A stretch of DNA of 64,000 nt, from the NCBI GenBank assembly GCA_040388985.1, contig JAZKAU010000002.1:183642-247641 (forward strand), in the 5' to 3' direction. Positions 8,457 through 17,954 of the stretch are shown piece after piece. The stretch's first letter is position 1. Each line of letters begins with the position of its first letter. This DNA is from Patescibacteria group bacterium (GTDB taxonomy: Bacteria; Patescibacteriota; Minisyncoccia; Phycocordibacterales; Phycocordibacteraceae). Made by a program: the position numbers and the translations under genes. The notes beneath the pieces are model-generated. The model was not told the origin of the DNA and did not search any database. It saw only the letters and a program-made list of their open reading frames with translations.

Positions 8457-8490
8457 AACCGCTCCTCGGTAACGAGGGGCGGTTCTTCTT
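8457..8490 (+). terminator. rho-independent terminator closing the radical SAM-peptide operon
   Basis: AACCGCTCCTCG-gtaa-CGAGGGGCGGTT followed by CTTCTT. Confidence 0.75.
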
Positions 8491-8557
8491 AATATCAAAA
8501 GCTAACCCTCGGGATTATGGGAGACAAGAACAGGTATTATCTATAGTCGCCCAAGTA

Positions 8558-9778
8558 CTATTCACGTAAGAGCTTGCCTAACTCAGCGAGGTCTTTTGAG
8601 TTAAGTGTTCCATGAGAAGTCTTCGGAGGCTTGGTAAACAAGCTCTCTACTTTTCTGTACTCGGGACTACCCATGACTCGCACTTTATACGCAGGATCAT
8701 TCTGGAACGCTTCGTATGCCTCCCATCCCAAATGTCGGTTGAGTATTTCTTCACGCTTTTCCTCAGACTCGAGAGGATTGCCAATTTCATACTCGGGATT
8801 ATTTTCATCAGGGTGTGAGAAGAAATGATATTGCTTCCCGATATCCCACATTGCCCAGGATGCGCTCTGCCCGTATGGGGTAACCGGTATACCCAATCTC
8901 GTTGCTTCAGAAAGCATGGTGTCACGGATTTCAGCAGCTACTTTCCGTACTGACTCAATGCCCCCGATCGCGCCAGCCCTTGCTACCGACTCCGCGTAAC
9001 GATTGGCACTCTCGGACGAACGTGACCATTCAAGCGTCTGCTTCTTGAGCTCTTCAGGCAGCTCGGCATCTTGATACGCCAGATCAGTCTTTACTATCTG
9101 TTCGCGTATCAAGCCTGGCACAGGAACCTCAGCGGCCTTTCGTGCCGCTTCAGATGCAGCCGCTGCGACTTCTGCTTGCTTCTGTAATTCAGCCAATGCT
9201 TCCTTTCGCGCTATTTCCTTAGGAAATCCCATCTCTACGGGTGCGTCTGCAGAGAAAATCCTATCCAGAACCTCACGCTCCTCTTTGTCTGTGCCATCGT
9301 ACGACTCGTTCACCATTCTGCCTTTCAAGAGACGGTCCCTATACCCTGGGTCAGTTCTTATATTCCTTAGAACATTTTGTCTCTCGATCTCAATGAGACG
9401 TTCACGAATGGCCTCAAGTCCTGCAGCTCTCCACTGCGCTTCCAATGCCCTCGCCGCCTCTCTCTTTTCTCCTTGTAAGTCGATTGCTCTATCATAAGAA
9501 GATCGGAACTTTTCAAATCCCCCCATTTCTTCTGGTCTAAGAGGTTCGATTCGCGAATAGTTCTTATCTTCAGTGCCAATGACGCCCCCCTGAAGCATTT
9601 GTTGCTCATATCTTTTTCTCAGCTCCGCAGGAATGTGTGCCTCTTCAGTATCTATCGCAGAGAGCTCGGCATTGATTGACGTAATCCTTTCAGCAGGCGT
9701 CGGTTCGGTTTCTCCAGACTTGGGAGGGAAGTCAATAAACATAGGAGAAGTATAGCCTGTCATGAGCCACGAAAGCAT
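8558..9778 (-). CDS. hypothetical protein (charged, helical)
   Basis: 406-aa ORF, Glu/Arg-rich, no recognised motif; start uncertain. Confidence 0.7.
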   Translation of the reverse strand: MLSWLMTGYTSPMFIDFPPKSGETEPTPAERITSINAELSAIDTEEAHIPAELRKRYEQQMLQGGVIGTEDKNYSRIEPLRPEEMGGFEKFRSSYDRAIDLQGEKREAARALEAQWRAAGLEAIRERLIEIERQNVLRNIRTDPGYRDRLLKGRMVNESYDGTDKEEREVLDRIFSADAPVEMGFPKEIARKEALAELQKQAEVAAAASEAARKAAEVPVPGLIREQIVKTDLAYQDAELPEELKKQTLEWSRSSESANRYAESVARAGAIGGIESVRKVAAEIRDTMLSEATRLGIPVTPYGQSASWAMWDIGKQYHFFSHPDENNPEYEIGNPLESEEKREEILNRHLGWEAYEAFQNDPAYKVRVMGSPEYRKVESLFTKPPKTSHGTLNSKDLAELGKLLRE

Positions 9779-9829
9779 ATAGTTGATATAGGGCCGAGAA
9801 GGGAGATCACGCGATCAAGCAGGGTCCGG

Positions 9830-9858
9830 TTGCATAAATTAGGCTATTCTTATATAGT
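9830..9858 (+). promoter_or_regulatory. sigma70-type promoter of rpsL-rpsG
   Basis: TTGCAT-17 nt-TATAGT. Confidence 0.7.
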
Positions 9859-9892
9859 CTTACCAGCTCCCACGGGGAGTTTTCATTTCGAA

Positions 9893-10303
9893 ATGGCAAC
9901 CATAAATCAGCTCGCAAAGAAGGCTCGTAAGAGCACCCCGAGGAAATCGAAGGTCCTCGCTCTTGGCCGTGGCTTCAACGCCCTCAAGAATCGCCCGACC
10001 TTCTACCCGGCTCCTTTCAAGCGCGGCGTATGCACCAAAGTAACGACGAAAACTCCTCGCAAGCCTAACTCGGCTATCCGTAAGATCGCCCGTGTCCGCC
10101 TTACCAACGGCATGGAAGTGACCGCCTACATCCCGGGCGAGGGCCACAACCTCCAGGAACACTCGGTGGTCATGCTTCGCGGAGGCCGCGTGAAGGACAT
10201 CGGCGTGCAGTACACGGTCGTTCGCGGTCGCCTCGACACGGCCGGCATCGACAAGCGCCGCCGCGGTCGTTCGAAGTACGGCGCCAAGAAGCCGAAGGCA
10301 TAA
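9893..10303 (+). CDS. rpsL: 30S ribosomal protein S12
   Basis: MATINQL...[31 protein letters not shown]...[10 protein letters not shown]. Confidence 0.98.
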   Translation: MATINQLAKKARKSTPRKSKVLALGRGFNALKNRPTFYPAPFKRGVCTKVTTKTPRKPNSAIRKIARVRLTNGMEVTAYIPGEGHNLQEHSVVMLRGGRVKDIGVQYTVVRGRLDTAGIDKRRRGRSKYGAKKPKA

Positions 10304-10333
10304 TCCTTTCTATCTTTTTCTCTTACCCTCACC

Positions 10334-10801
10334 ATGCGTCACCCTCTTAATAACAAGCGTACTCGCCGTCCTGACTCCGAATATAATTCGGAAGCTATCT
10401 CTCGTTTCATAAATACGGTCATGCTCGACGGCAAGAAGGATACCGCTCGCAAGGTCGTCTACGATGCCCTCACCATCATCTCCAAGGGAGGAGAAGTAGA
10501 CGCGCTCGAGACATTCGAGACGGCTATCCGCAACGTGGCTCCGCTCATGGAAGTCCGCTCCCGCCGCGTCGGTGGCGCAAACTACCAGGTTCCTCGTGAA
10601 GTACCGCAGCAGCGCCGCGTCTCTCTTGCCTACCGTTGGCTCATCAATGCAGCCCGCGCGCGCAAGGGAAAGCCCATGGCTCAGAAGCTCGCTGACGAGA
10701 TCATGCTCGCGGTGAACAACGAAGGCTCGGCCATCAAGAAGAAGGACGATATGCATCGCATGGCTGATTCCAACAAGGCCTTTGCGCACTTCGCCTGGTA
10801 A
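10334..10801 (+). CDS. rpsG: 30S ribosomal protein S7
   Basis: EVRSRRVGGANYQVP, HRMADSNKAFAHF. Confidence 0.98.
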   Translation: MRHPLNNKRTRRPDSEYNSEAISRFINTVMLDGKKDTARKVVYDALTIISKGGEVDALETFETAIRNVAPLMEVRSRRVGGANYQVPREVPQQRRVSLAYRWLINAARARKGKPMAQKLADEIMLAVNNEGSAIKKKDDMHRMADSNKAFAHFAW

Positions 10802-10820
10802 GTCGAATAAAAGAATAGGT

Positions 10821-10866
10821 ATGCGTAAAGAGCCGGGATCCATATGGATCCCGGCTCTTTACGCAT
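10821..10866. terminator. 46-bp perfect palindrome after rpsG
   Basis: ATGCGTAAAGAGCCGGGATCCAT|ATGGATCCCGGCTCTTTACGCAT. Confidence 0.75.
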
Positions 10867-11022
10867 CGGGATAAATTTTTTCTGAAATAATCTTCAAAGA
10901 TACTTAATCCGTCATTATCATTGCCAAGGCCAGAAAAATTGACGGCCGACTGCTGCTAAGGAAGAATGACCATGTACCCTAGCAGTCTAGGCCCTTTAAC
11001 CATCAGCTATCGAATATACGTC

Positions 11023-12954
11023 ATGATTTCCGTATTACAGACAGTGCGTATAGGCCGTATAGGCCGAATATCCTTGGGGCTTTTCATAGCATCCCTCTGT
11101 TTCTTTGCTCATGCCTCCGCGTCGTATGCCGCTACGTACTACGTCGATTCCGTCTCCGGAAGCGATAGTAACGCGGGTACGTCAACGGGCACCCCTTGGC
11201 AGACAGTTGCCAAGGTAAACAGTTCGACCTTCAGCCCAGGCGACTCCGTACTGTTCATGGCAGGCGATCTCTGGCGGGAACGCCTCTCGTTCCCGTCGTC
11301 GGGTACGAGCGGAAACCCGATCACTATCGGAAAGTACGGCACGGGCACGAACCCGATCTTTTCGGGAGCTGATGTGCTGCCGAATGCGAATTTCACCGTG
11401 TATGACGCTTCCAGCAGCACATACCAGATCGGCGGTACGGTAGAAGGGAACGGCGTAGCGGCGATGTGGGAGAACGGCGTGGAGCTAAAGCTCGCCACCT
11501 CCCTTGCTGCTGCGACCTCGACTCCCGGCAGCATGTACTACAACATCGCTACCCATGTGTTCTATCTGCATTCTGCACAGGCTAATCCGAATCCGATAAC
11601 GAACGGGCTCGTCTATGAGGCAACAAAGCGTGGAAACGTTGCCATCGATAACACCAATAGCTGGCTCATCTGGCAGGACCTTGAGATAGACAAGGGCTTC
11701 ACCAACCTGTCAGCACATCTCATCACCGGCGCCAACAATATCGTCCGTCGTGTGAACTACTACGACAACGCCAACCACAGCCTCAGTTTCTACGGTTCAA
11801 ATAACCTTGGCGAGGACCTGTATGCGCAGAATAATTTCGGAGGCGCCTTCCTGTTCTACAGCCCGACATCATTCGGAAACACCTTCCAACGGGTGAGCGT
11901 TGTGAATCCGGTGTCAGGTTACGGTCCAGGCCTGCAAACACACGGCGGCGCCCACGACAACATCGTCCAGGATTCCAAATTCTACGCATCAGCCACTCCT
12001 TCAAGCCAGATCGGCGCGATCGGCCTTAGTGCTGATGCGGGCACCTCGCTTATCGCGCGACGTAACTACATCTACGGAAAGTGGTCGTTCGCGTTCGCGA
12101 CGAATTCAGGCGCAGGCATCAATTCAGAATTCTCAAATAATGTGATCGACGGAAGTCAGTTCGGCATTCTCGCGATCAATCTTGCGAGTACCGGTGCGAC
12201 TGGCGTAAAGGTATATAACAACACGTACTACACGAGCGGTACGCAGCCCTTCATTAGTGCTATTGCCAGCACGTCCGTCGATGTCGAGAACAACCTGGTG
12301 TATATGCCTGGTTCCGGATTCTATGTAAATAGCTTCTTAGCTCCGATCACCGCTAATTACAACCTCTGGTATGGATCTAGCCGCACCACGCCGTTTGCGC
12401 TTGAAACCGGACAGAAGACCTTCGCTCAGTGGCAAGCGCTCGGACGTGACGCGAATGGCAAGAACGTGAACCCGCTTCTCGTGAATGTGGGCGCCGGCAA
12501 CTTCAGTCTCTCGTCCTCGTCTCCTGCCATCGATATGGGTGCTAATCTCGGTACGGCCTATCAGCTCGGACTCAGCGCCTCGTCCACGTGGCCGTCAGGG
12601 GTCATGACGGTGAATCAGAATACTAACGGCATTGGCTGGGACATCGGAGCATACGTATATGGCGTGCCTGCGCTACCGCCTTCTGTGGCTACATTCGTCC
12701 CGCTATCTGCTACCACGACTATCTCTGCCTCAGCGACTGCGACAAGTCCTGCGACCATCAGCTCCGTCCAATTCTATCTTGACGGCAGTGCGCTCGGTTC
12801 GCCGGTCACCGCGACGTCGTCTCCCAATACGTACTCGTATCTGTGGAACACGACGCTTGCCACGAATGGCGCTCATATACTGTCGTCCCTAGCTACGACT
12901 AACTTGGGAGCCTCAGCAAGCTCGACTCCGATATCGGTCATGGTCGCTAACTGA
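11023..12954 (+). CDS. secreted right-handed beta-helix (pectin-lyase-like) protein with C-terminal Ig-like domain
   Basis: Signal peptide, TYYVDSVSGSDSNAGTS..PWQT..PGDSVLF start, Asn-rich beta-helix repeats, FSLSSSSPAIDMG..WDIGAY, SSVQFYLDG..YLWNTT..NGAH; start approximate. Confidence 0.8.
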   Translation: MISVLQTVRIGRIGRISLGLFIASLCFFAHASASYAATYYVDSVSGSDSNAGTSTGTPWQTVAKVNSSTFSPGDSVLFMAGDLWRERLSFPSSGTSGNPITIGKYGTGTNPIFSGADVLPNANFTVYDASSSTYQIGGTVEGNGVAAMWENGVELKLATSLAAATSTPGSMYYNIATHVFYLHSAQANPNPITNGLVYEATKRGNVAIDNTNSWLIWQDLEIDKGFTNLSAHLITGANNIVRRVNYYDNANHSLSFYGSNNLGEDLYAQNNFGGAFLFYSPTSFGNTFQRVSVVNPVSGYGPGLQTHGGAHDNIVQDSKFYASATPSSQIGAIGLSADAGTSLIARRNYIYGKWSFAFATNSGAGINSEFSNNVIDGSQFGILAINLASTGATGVKVYNNTYYTSGTQPFISAIASTSVDVENNLVYMPGSGFYVNSFLAPITANYNLWYGSSRTTPFALETGQKTFAQWQALGRDANGKNVNPLLVNVGAGNFSLSSSSPAIDMGANLGTAYQLGLSASSTWPSGVMTVNQNTNGIGWDIGAYVYGVPALPPSVATFVPLSATTTISASATATSPATISSVQFYLDGSALGSPVTATSSPNTYSYLWNTTLATNGAHILSSLATTNLGASASSTPISVMVAN

Positions 12955-12969
12955 TAAAACTCATGTGAA

Positions 12970-13004
12970 AAGAATAATGCCGCCCTATGGGCGGCGTTAT
13001 TCTT
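12970..13004 (+). terminator. hairpin terminator
   Basis: AAGAATAATGCCGCCC-tat-GGGCGGCGTTATTCTT. Confidence 0.7.
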
Positions 13005-13178
13005 GCCTTCGCGCAGTCGGCGTATACCCCGTATGACGGCCTCAACGGATACTATCTCTAGGCGCAAGAGCCAGCCGTGGCACGTGAAGCTGCATATTTC
13101 TCCGAATCTCCTAATAAGTCCAAGCTGTCATACGGGGTATACTGATAGGGACAGATTATCGAGATAACTACACATACT

Positions 13179-13445
13179 ATGGAAGCAGACATGAAACACG
13201 ACGGTATGCACAAGCACGGCCACCACCACGGGCCTCACAGTTTCTGGGCCAGTTGGTGCTCGCCGGTAGGACTCGGCATCTTCCTCCTCCTCGGCGCCAT
13301 CTCCCTTACCATCCTCGCGCATGCACTTCTCGGACTCGCGCACGGTCCTGAGCGCATGATGGATGATCGCGGTGATTGGGGAATGCATCAGGGAGTCATG
13401 AAGGTGCAGACGGTACCTGCCGGACCTTCGGTACCCGCGCAATAA
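13179..13445 (+). CDS. small His/Met-rich single-TM protein
   Basis: KHGHHHGPH N-terminus, one hydrophobic helix, followed by a terminator. Confidence 0.65.
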   Translation: MEADMKHDGMHKHGHHHGPHSFWASWCSPVGLGIFLLLGAISLTILAHALLGLAHGPERMMDDRGDWGMHQGVMKVQTVPAGPSVPAQ

Positions 13446-13453
13446 TAGTCTTC

Positions 13454-13510
13454 AAGCATTGTAGAAAGAGAAAACCGCCCAATGGGCGGTTTTCTCTTTC
13501 TACAATGCTT
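13454..13510. terminator. perfect inverted repeat with 28-bp arms
   Basis: AAGCATTGTAGAAAGAGAAAACCGCCCA-a-TGGGCGGTTTTCTCTTTCTACAATGCTT. Confidence 0.75.
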
Positions 13511-13576
13511 TTAGTATACTTTTTCTGGAGCCGGACTATCGTCCGGACTGAACAAGATGAAATGAAAGGTATTCCC

Positions 13577-14125
13577 ATGACTGTTCTTATCAGAGATTGC
13601 AATTTCGCGTCTCTTGAAGAGGCGCTCGCGGGCAAGTCCATTCCTCTCCCCGTACGCAATACGTTGCAGCTTGTCGATCTTGAATACGCCTGGATTGATG
13701 GGTGCGTCCATAGCGGTCAGATGGTGATCGCCGAAGACCTCGTTCAAGACGTGGTGGAGATCTTTCCTCAGCTCCTGAGGGTGAGGTTTCCCATCGAGAG
13801 AATCGTTCCGGTTGTGGCATATGGCTGGAGCGACGACGCTTCTATGGCAGAGAACAACTCCTCCTGCTTCAACTGGCGGAATATGGTCGGATCAGATCAG
13901 CTTTCGCTGCATGCCCTGGGGCGGGCGTTGGACTTAAACCCCTTCCTGAACCCTTGGGTGAAGAATGGAGTGATCATACCCAAAGGAGCAACGTACGATC
14001 CCTCTGTCCCCGGAACCATCACTGAGGACAGCGAAGTCGTAAGGCTCTTCGAGAAATACGGGTGGGAGTGGGGCGGTCGCTGGACGAGCCTCAAGGACTA
14101 TCAGCATTTCGAGAAGAAGCGGTAG
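13577..14125 (+). CDS. M15 family metallopeptidase (peptidoglycan peptidase)
   Basis: NNSSCFNWR, SLHALGRALDLNP, WEWGGRW, DYQHFE. Confidence 0.9.
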   Translation: MTVLIRDCNFASLEEALAGKSIPLPVRNTLQLVDLEYAWIDGCVHSGQMVIAEDLVQDVVEIFPQLLRVRFPIERIVPVVAYGWSDDASMAENNSSCFNWRNMVGSDQLSLHALGRALDLNPFLNPWVKNGVIIPKGATYDPSVPGTITEDSEVVRLFEKYGWEWGGRWTSLKDYQHFEKKR

Positions 14126-14183
14126 CGGCCGGGGCCGGCAACATATTTGTCGGCCCTCTCGCACGTCGTATACTCAACTTACA

Positions 14184-15005
14184 ATGGATACCTTGCGCCA
14201 AGTCGCCGTTAGTCGTACGCACGTACAGCCGGAACCTATAGAATCTGCCCGGGTCAAGATAGAGATACTCTTTGGAGAGCGCGTACAAGTACTCGAGGAC
14301 GGCACTGAATGGGTTCGAGTATGTACTGTCCTGGGCGAGTATGAAGGCTTCGTAAGAGTAAAAGACCTGGGAGAAATCTCCGAACCTACGCATCGGGTGA
14401 GCGAGCTCATGGCGCCCGTATACAACGAATCGCACTTCAAGAGCCCGTCTTCAGCCGAACCTTTATATTTCAACTCCTTAGTGACCGTTGAAGAGAGCAG
14501 AGATACTCCGGAAGGACTAATGCACAAACTGCGGAGAACGGGATGGGTCTTTGATACGGAGCTTCGCGATATTAATTATCGTGCCCCTGACTTTCTTCTG
14601 GAGGCCTTAAAATTCCTTGGGACCCGATACGGGTACGAGAAGCGCGGTGCCCTTATAGATTGTTCGACACTGGTGCAGGCAGGATGCATCGCCGCTGGTA
14701 TCTCTTGTCCGTATGACGTGAAATCAGGAGAAATGGAACAGCTGGGCGAATCAGTAGATTTTGCTGCCGACTTCTCTAATCTGAGGCGTGGTGACCTCGT
14801 ATTCTGGACGCAGCGGGATGAGCAACACAAAGGAAGTCACGTGGGAATCATGGTAGACGAGGAGAACTGTTTCCATGCGACTATTGCCGATCCTCATCGC
14901 AAGGCTCTTATCCAACCCCTTACGGAAGTCGCACACGACCAGGCGCGCGACAATAATGGCCCTATAACTAAAGTGCGCCGGTTCTCAGATTACCGGCCTT
15001 CCTAG
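14184..15005 (+). CDS. NlpC/P60 cell-wall peptidase with N-terminal SH3-like domains
   Basis: LFGERVQV..W..YEGFV, FLGTRY, IDCSTLVQ, LRRGDLVFW, HVGIMVD, FHA. Confidence 0.88.
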   Translation: MDTLRQVAVSRTHVQPEPIESARVKIEILFGERVQVLEDGTEWVRVCTVLGEYEGFVRVKDLGEISEPTHRVSELMAPVYNESHFKSPSSAEPLYFNSLVTVEESRDTPEGLMHKLRRTGWVFDTELRDINYRAPDFLLEALKFLGTRYGYEKRGALIDCSTLVQAGCIAAGISCPYDVKSGEMEQLGESVDFAADFSNLRRGDLVFWTQRDEQHKGSHVGIMVDEENCFHATIADPHRKALIQPLTEVAHDQARDNNGPITKVRRFSDYRPS

Positions 15006-15177
15006 CCGCGACCCGATTTCTTGCCTTTTAGGGCTTGGAAACGTATCTTATACATAACGCCTCAGCGGGACTTTTTACTACCAAGCGAGTGAGCACATAC
15101 AGGAGAGTAATCTTTCCTGTATGTGCGAGCGAGCGCAGGGAGCAAGACGCGAAGCGGCTTATTTTTTATCTATCTCT

Positions 15178-17334
15178 ATGAACCGCGATTATCCACTCGA
15201 GAAAGTGCGCAACTTCGGCATCATCGCCCACGTCGACGCCGGCAAGACGACCACAAGCGAGCGCGTGCTCTTCTATACGGGCTCTCAGCATAAGATCGGC
15301 GAGGTCCACACGGGCGAGACCACGACCGACTGGATGGAGCAGGAGCGCGAGCGCGGCATCACCATCACCTCGGCTGCCATCACCTGTTTCTGGTCTAAGT
15401 CCCAGGAGAAGGACAAGAAGGACATGTCGAAGAAGTACCGCTTCAATATCATCGACACTCCGGGACACATCGACTTCACCGCGGAAGTGAAGCGCTCCAT
15501 GCGCGTGCTCGACGGGGCTATCGTCGTCTTCGACGGCGTCGCGGGCGTAGAGCCACAGTCGGAAACGAACTGGCGCTACGCTGACGAGGCGAACGTGCCG
15601 CGCGTCTGCTTCATCAACAAGCTCGACCGTACCGGCGCTGACTTCGAGCGTTCCTACGCGACCATCCTCGACCGTCTTTCGAAGAAGGCCATCCGCGCGC
15701 AGATCCCTATGGGCGCCGAAGGAGATTTCGAAGGAGTCATCGACCTTCTCTCCATGAAGTCCTACACCTTCACCGGCAATATGGGCGAGGACGTCATCGA
15801 AGGCGAGGTCCCTGAGAAGTACAAGGAAGAGGCTCTCAAGCACCGCGCTGAGTTCATCGAGCGCATCGTCACGAACGATGACGCGGCTATGAATGCGTAT
15901 CTGGAAGGAAACGAGCCATCGCTTGATGAGCTCAAGGCGATCCTGCGCAAGGCAGTCATCGCAAACGAGATCTTCCCGGTCTATGCCGGTTCCGCGCTCA
16001 AGAACAAGGGCGTGCAGCTCGTCCTCGACGCGGTCGTCGACTTCCTTCCGAGCCCGCTCGATCTTCCGCCGGTAACGGGCACTAATCCGAAGACGGATGA
16101 GCCGGTTGAGCGCCACGCCTCTGACGACGAGCCGTTCACCTCGCTCGCCTTCAAGCTTCAGACCGACCCGTTCGTGGGAGCGCTCACGTTCTTCCGCGTC
16201 TATTCGGGTACGGTTTCCGCGGGTTCATACATCTATAACGCGAACACCGGCACGAAAGAACGTATCGGACGCATCGTGCGCCTGCAGGCGGACAAGCGTG
16301 AGGAGGTAGAGAAGGTGTTCACCGGTGAGATCGCTGCCTTCGTGGGACTCAAGGATACGAAGACCTCGCACACGCTCTGCGACGAGGCGCACCCTATCGT
16401 CCTCGAGCAGATCGTCTTCCCGGAGCCGGTGGTGTCGCTGCGCATCGAGCCGAAGACAAAGGCCGACCAGGAGAAGATGGGTATCGCGTTGCGCAAGCTC
16501 TCTGACGAGGACCCTACCTTCCGCATCAGCTCTGATGATGAGACGGCAGAGACCATCATCGCAGGTATGGGTGAGCTCCATCTTGAGATCCTTGTCGACC
16601 GCATGCAGCGCGAGTTCAACGTGGGCGCGAATGTGGGCAAGCCGCAGGTTGCGTATCGCGAGACCATCACCGGCGCTGCCGATGTCGACAACAAATACAT
16701 CAAGCAGACGGGCGGTAAGGGCCAGTACGGTCACGTGAAGATCAAGCTCAAGCACCTCGAGCCGCTCACCCCTGAGCAGGAGGAGAAGGGTCTTCCGAAG
16801 AACGTCACCCGCGAAGATCACTTCGAATTCATCAACAACATCAAGGGCGGTGTCATTCCGCAGGAATACATCCCGGCAGTCGAGAAGGGCATCCGCGAAT
16901 CGCTCGGCCGCGGCATCCTCGCCGGCTATCCTATCGTCGACGTATCGGTCGAGCTTTACGACGGTTCGTATCACGATGTGGACTCCTCGGAAATCGCCTT
17001 CAAGATAGCGGCATCCCAGGCATTCCAGGAAGCAGCCCAGAAGGCAAAGCCCGTCATCCTCGAGCCTATAATGCGCGTAGAGGTCGTCATCCCCGAGCAA
17101 TTCATGGGTGATATCACCGGCAACCTCTCCGGAAAGCGCGGTGCTATCGAGGGTATGGAAGAGCGCGGCATGAACAAGGTGGTGAACGCGAAGGTTCCGC
17201 TTTCGGAGATGTTCGGATACACGACGACACTCCGCTCGATGACGGAAGGACGCGGTTCCATGACCATGGAATTCGATCACTACGAGGTAGTGCCGAGCAA
17301 CGTTGCGGCTGAGATCATCGCAGCAAGAAAGTAA
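15178..17334 (+). CDS. fusA: elongation factor G
   Basis: RNFGIIAHVDAGKTTTSER, DTPGHIDF, NKLDR, GMGELHLE, YHDVDSSE. Confidence 0.98.
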   Translation: MNRDYPLEKVRNFGIIAHVDAGKTTTSERVLFYTGSQHKIGEVHTGETTTDWMEQERERGITITSAAITCFWSKSQEKDKKDMSKKYRFNIIDTPGHIDFTAEVKRSMRVLDGAIVVFDGVAGVEPQSETNWRYADEANVPRVCFINKLDRTGADFERSYATILDRLSKKAIRAQIPMGAEGDFEGVIDLLSMKSYTFTGNMGEDVIEGEVPEKYKEEALKHRAEFIERIVTNDDAAMNAYLEGNEPSLDELKAILRKAVIANEIFPVYAGSALKNKGVQLVLDAVVDFLPSPLDLPPVTGTNPKTDEPVERHASDDEPFTSLAFKLQTDPFVGALTFFRVYSGTVSAGSYIYNANTGTKERIGRIVRLQADKREEVEKVFTGEIAAFVGLKDTKTSHTLCDEAHPIVLEQIVFPEPVVSLRIEPKTKADQEKMGIALRKLSDEDPTFRISSDDETAETIIAGMGELHLEILVDRMQREFNVGANVGKPQVAYRETITGAADVDNKYIKQTGGKGQYGHVKIKLKHLEPLTPEQEEKGLPKNVTREDHFEFINNIKGGVIPQEYIPAVEKGIRESLGRGILAGYPIVDVSVELYDGSYHDVDSSEIAFKIAASQAFQEAAQKAKPVILEPIMRVEVVIPEQFMGDITGNLSGKRGAIEGMEERGMNKVVNAKVPLSEMFGYTTTLRSMTEGRGSMTMEFDHYEVVPSNVAAEIIAARK

Positions 17335-17348
17335 ATCATCTCAGTAAG

Positions 17349-17390
17349 CGAATAGATACAAGCCGCCCGTAAGCGGCTTGTATCTATTCG
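17349..17390 (+). terminator. hairpin with 18-bp arms after fusA
   Basis: CGAATAGATACAAGCCGC-ccgtaa-GCGGCTTGTATCTATTCG. Confidence 0.75.
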
Positions 17391-17463
17391 GTCTTGGCCG
17401 CTTCTCAACGTTATGCACAGAACACGCATGGGTAATGGCATCCTTTCATGTTCTCATCAACCT

Positions 17464-17898
17464 ATGAAACATATTCCTTTCACGTTGGTCGCAGTACTCT
17501 ACGTCGCCTTCGTCGTGCTTTCCTTTCTGAGTTATGGGTATCTCGATGTGCTCACCGGGGCAGTACCGCTCGCTCGCATATTCTCGTCCGATTTCACTGC
17601 GCCGTACGTGCTTCAGCAGGATGCTCTGAATTTTCTCTCGCTCTTCGTGCTGATCCTTCTCGTATATGTCGGTATCCGCCTGTCATATTTCCTACGAGTA
17701 CGCCGGAAGCAGCTACGCGTCCTTATCGTGCTCTGTCTGCTGCTCGCACTGAGTATCTCGTCCTACGACCAATTCTATTCATGGTTCCCGTACTATAGCG
17801 ACTTCTATCGCATATTCCTGAATATATATACCGTACTAACGCTCGTTGTCGGCTTAGCGCTCCTGCTCACCCTTCGTCATAAGAGGAGTCTGCGGTAA
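17464..17898 (+). CDS. hypothetical 4-TM membrane protein
   Basis: Four hydrophobic segments; start chosen at MKHIPF. Confidence 0.65.
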   Translation: MKHIPFTLVAVLYVAFVVLSFLSYGYLDVLTGAVPLARIFSSDFTAPYVLQQDALNFLSLFVLILLVYVGIRLSYFLRVRRKQLRVLIVLCLLLALSISSYDQFYSWFPYYSDFYRIFLNIYTVLTLVVGLALLLTLRHKRSLR

Positions 17899-17954
17899 TC
17901 GATACCGCAACCTCTGTGCCGCATAAGGAGGAATACGCGTGGTAAAATCCTAGG

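Noticed and set aside
8408-8569. Possible fourth small ORF (MPCSFVRVMRTWEQ...)
   Set aside because: No SD, no similarity to the three peptides, and it runs through the terminator hairpin.
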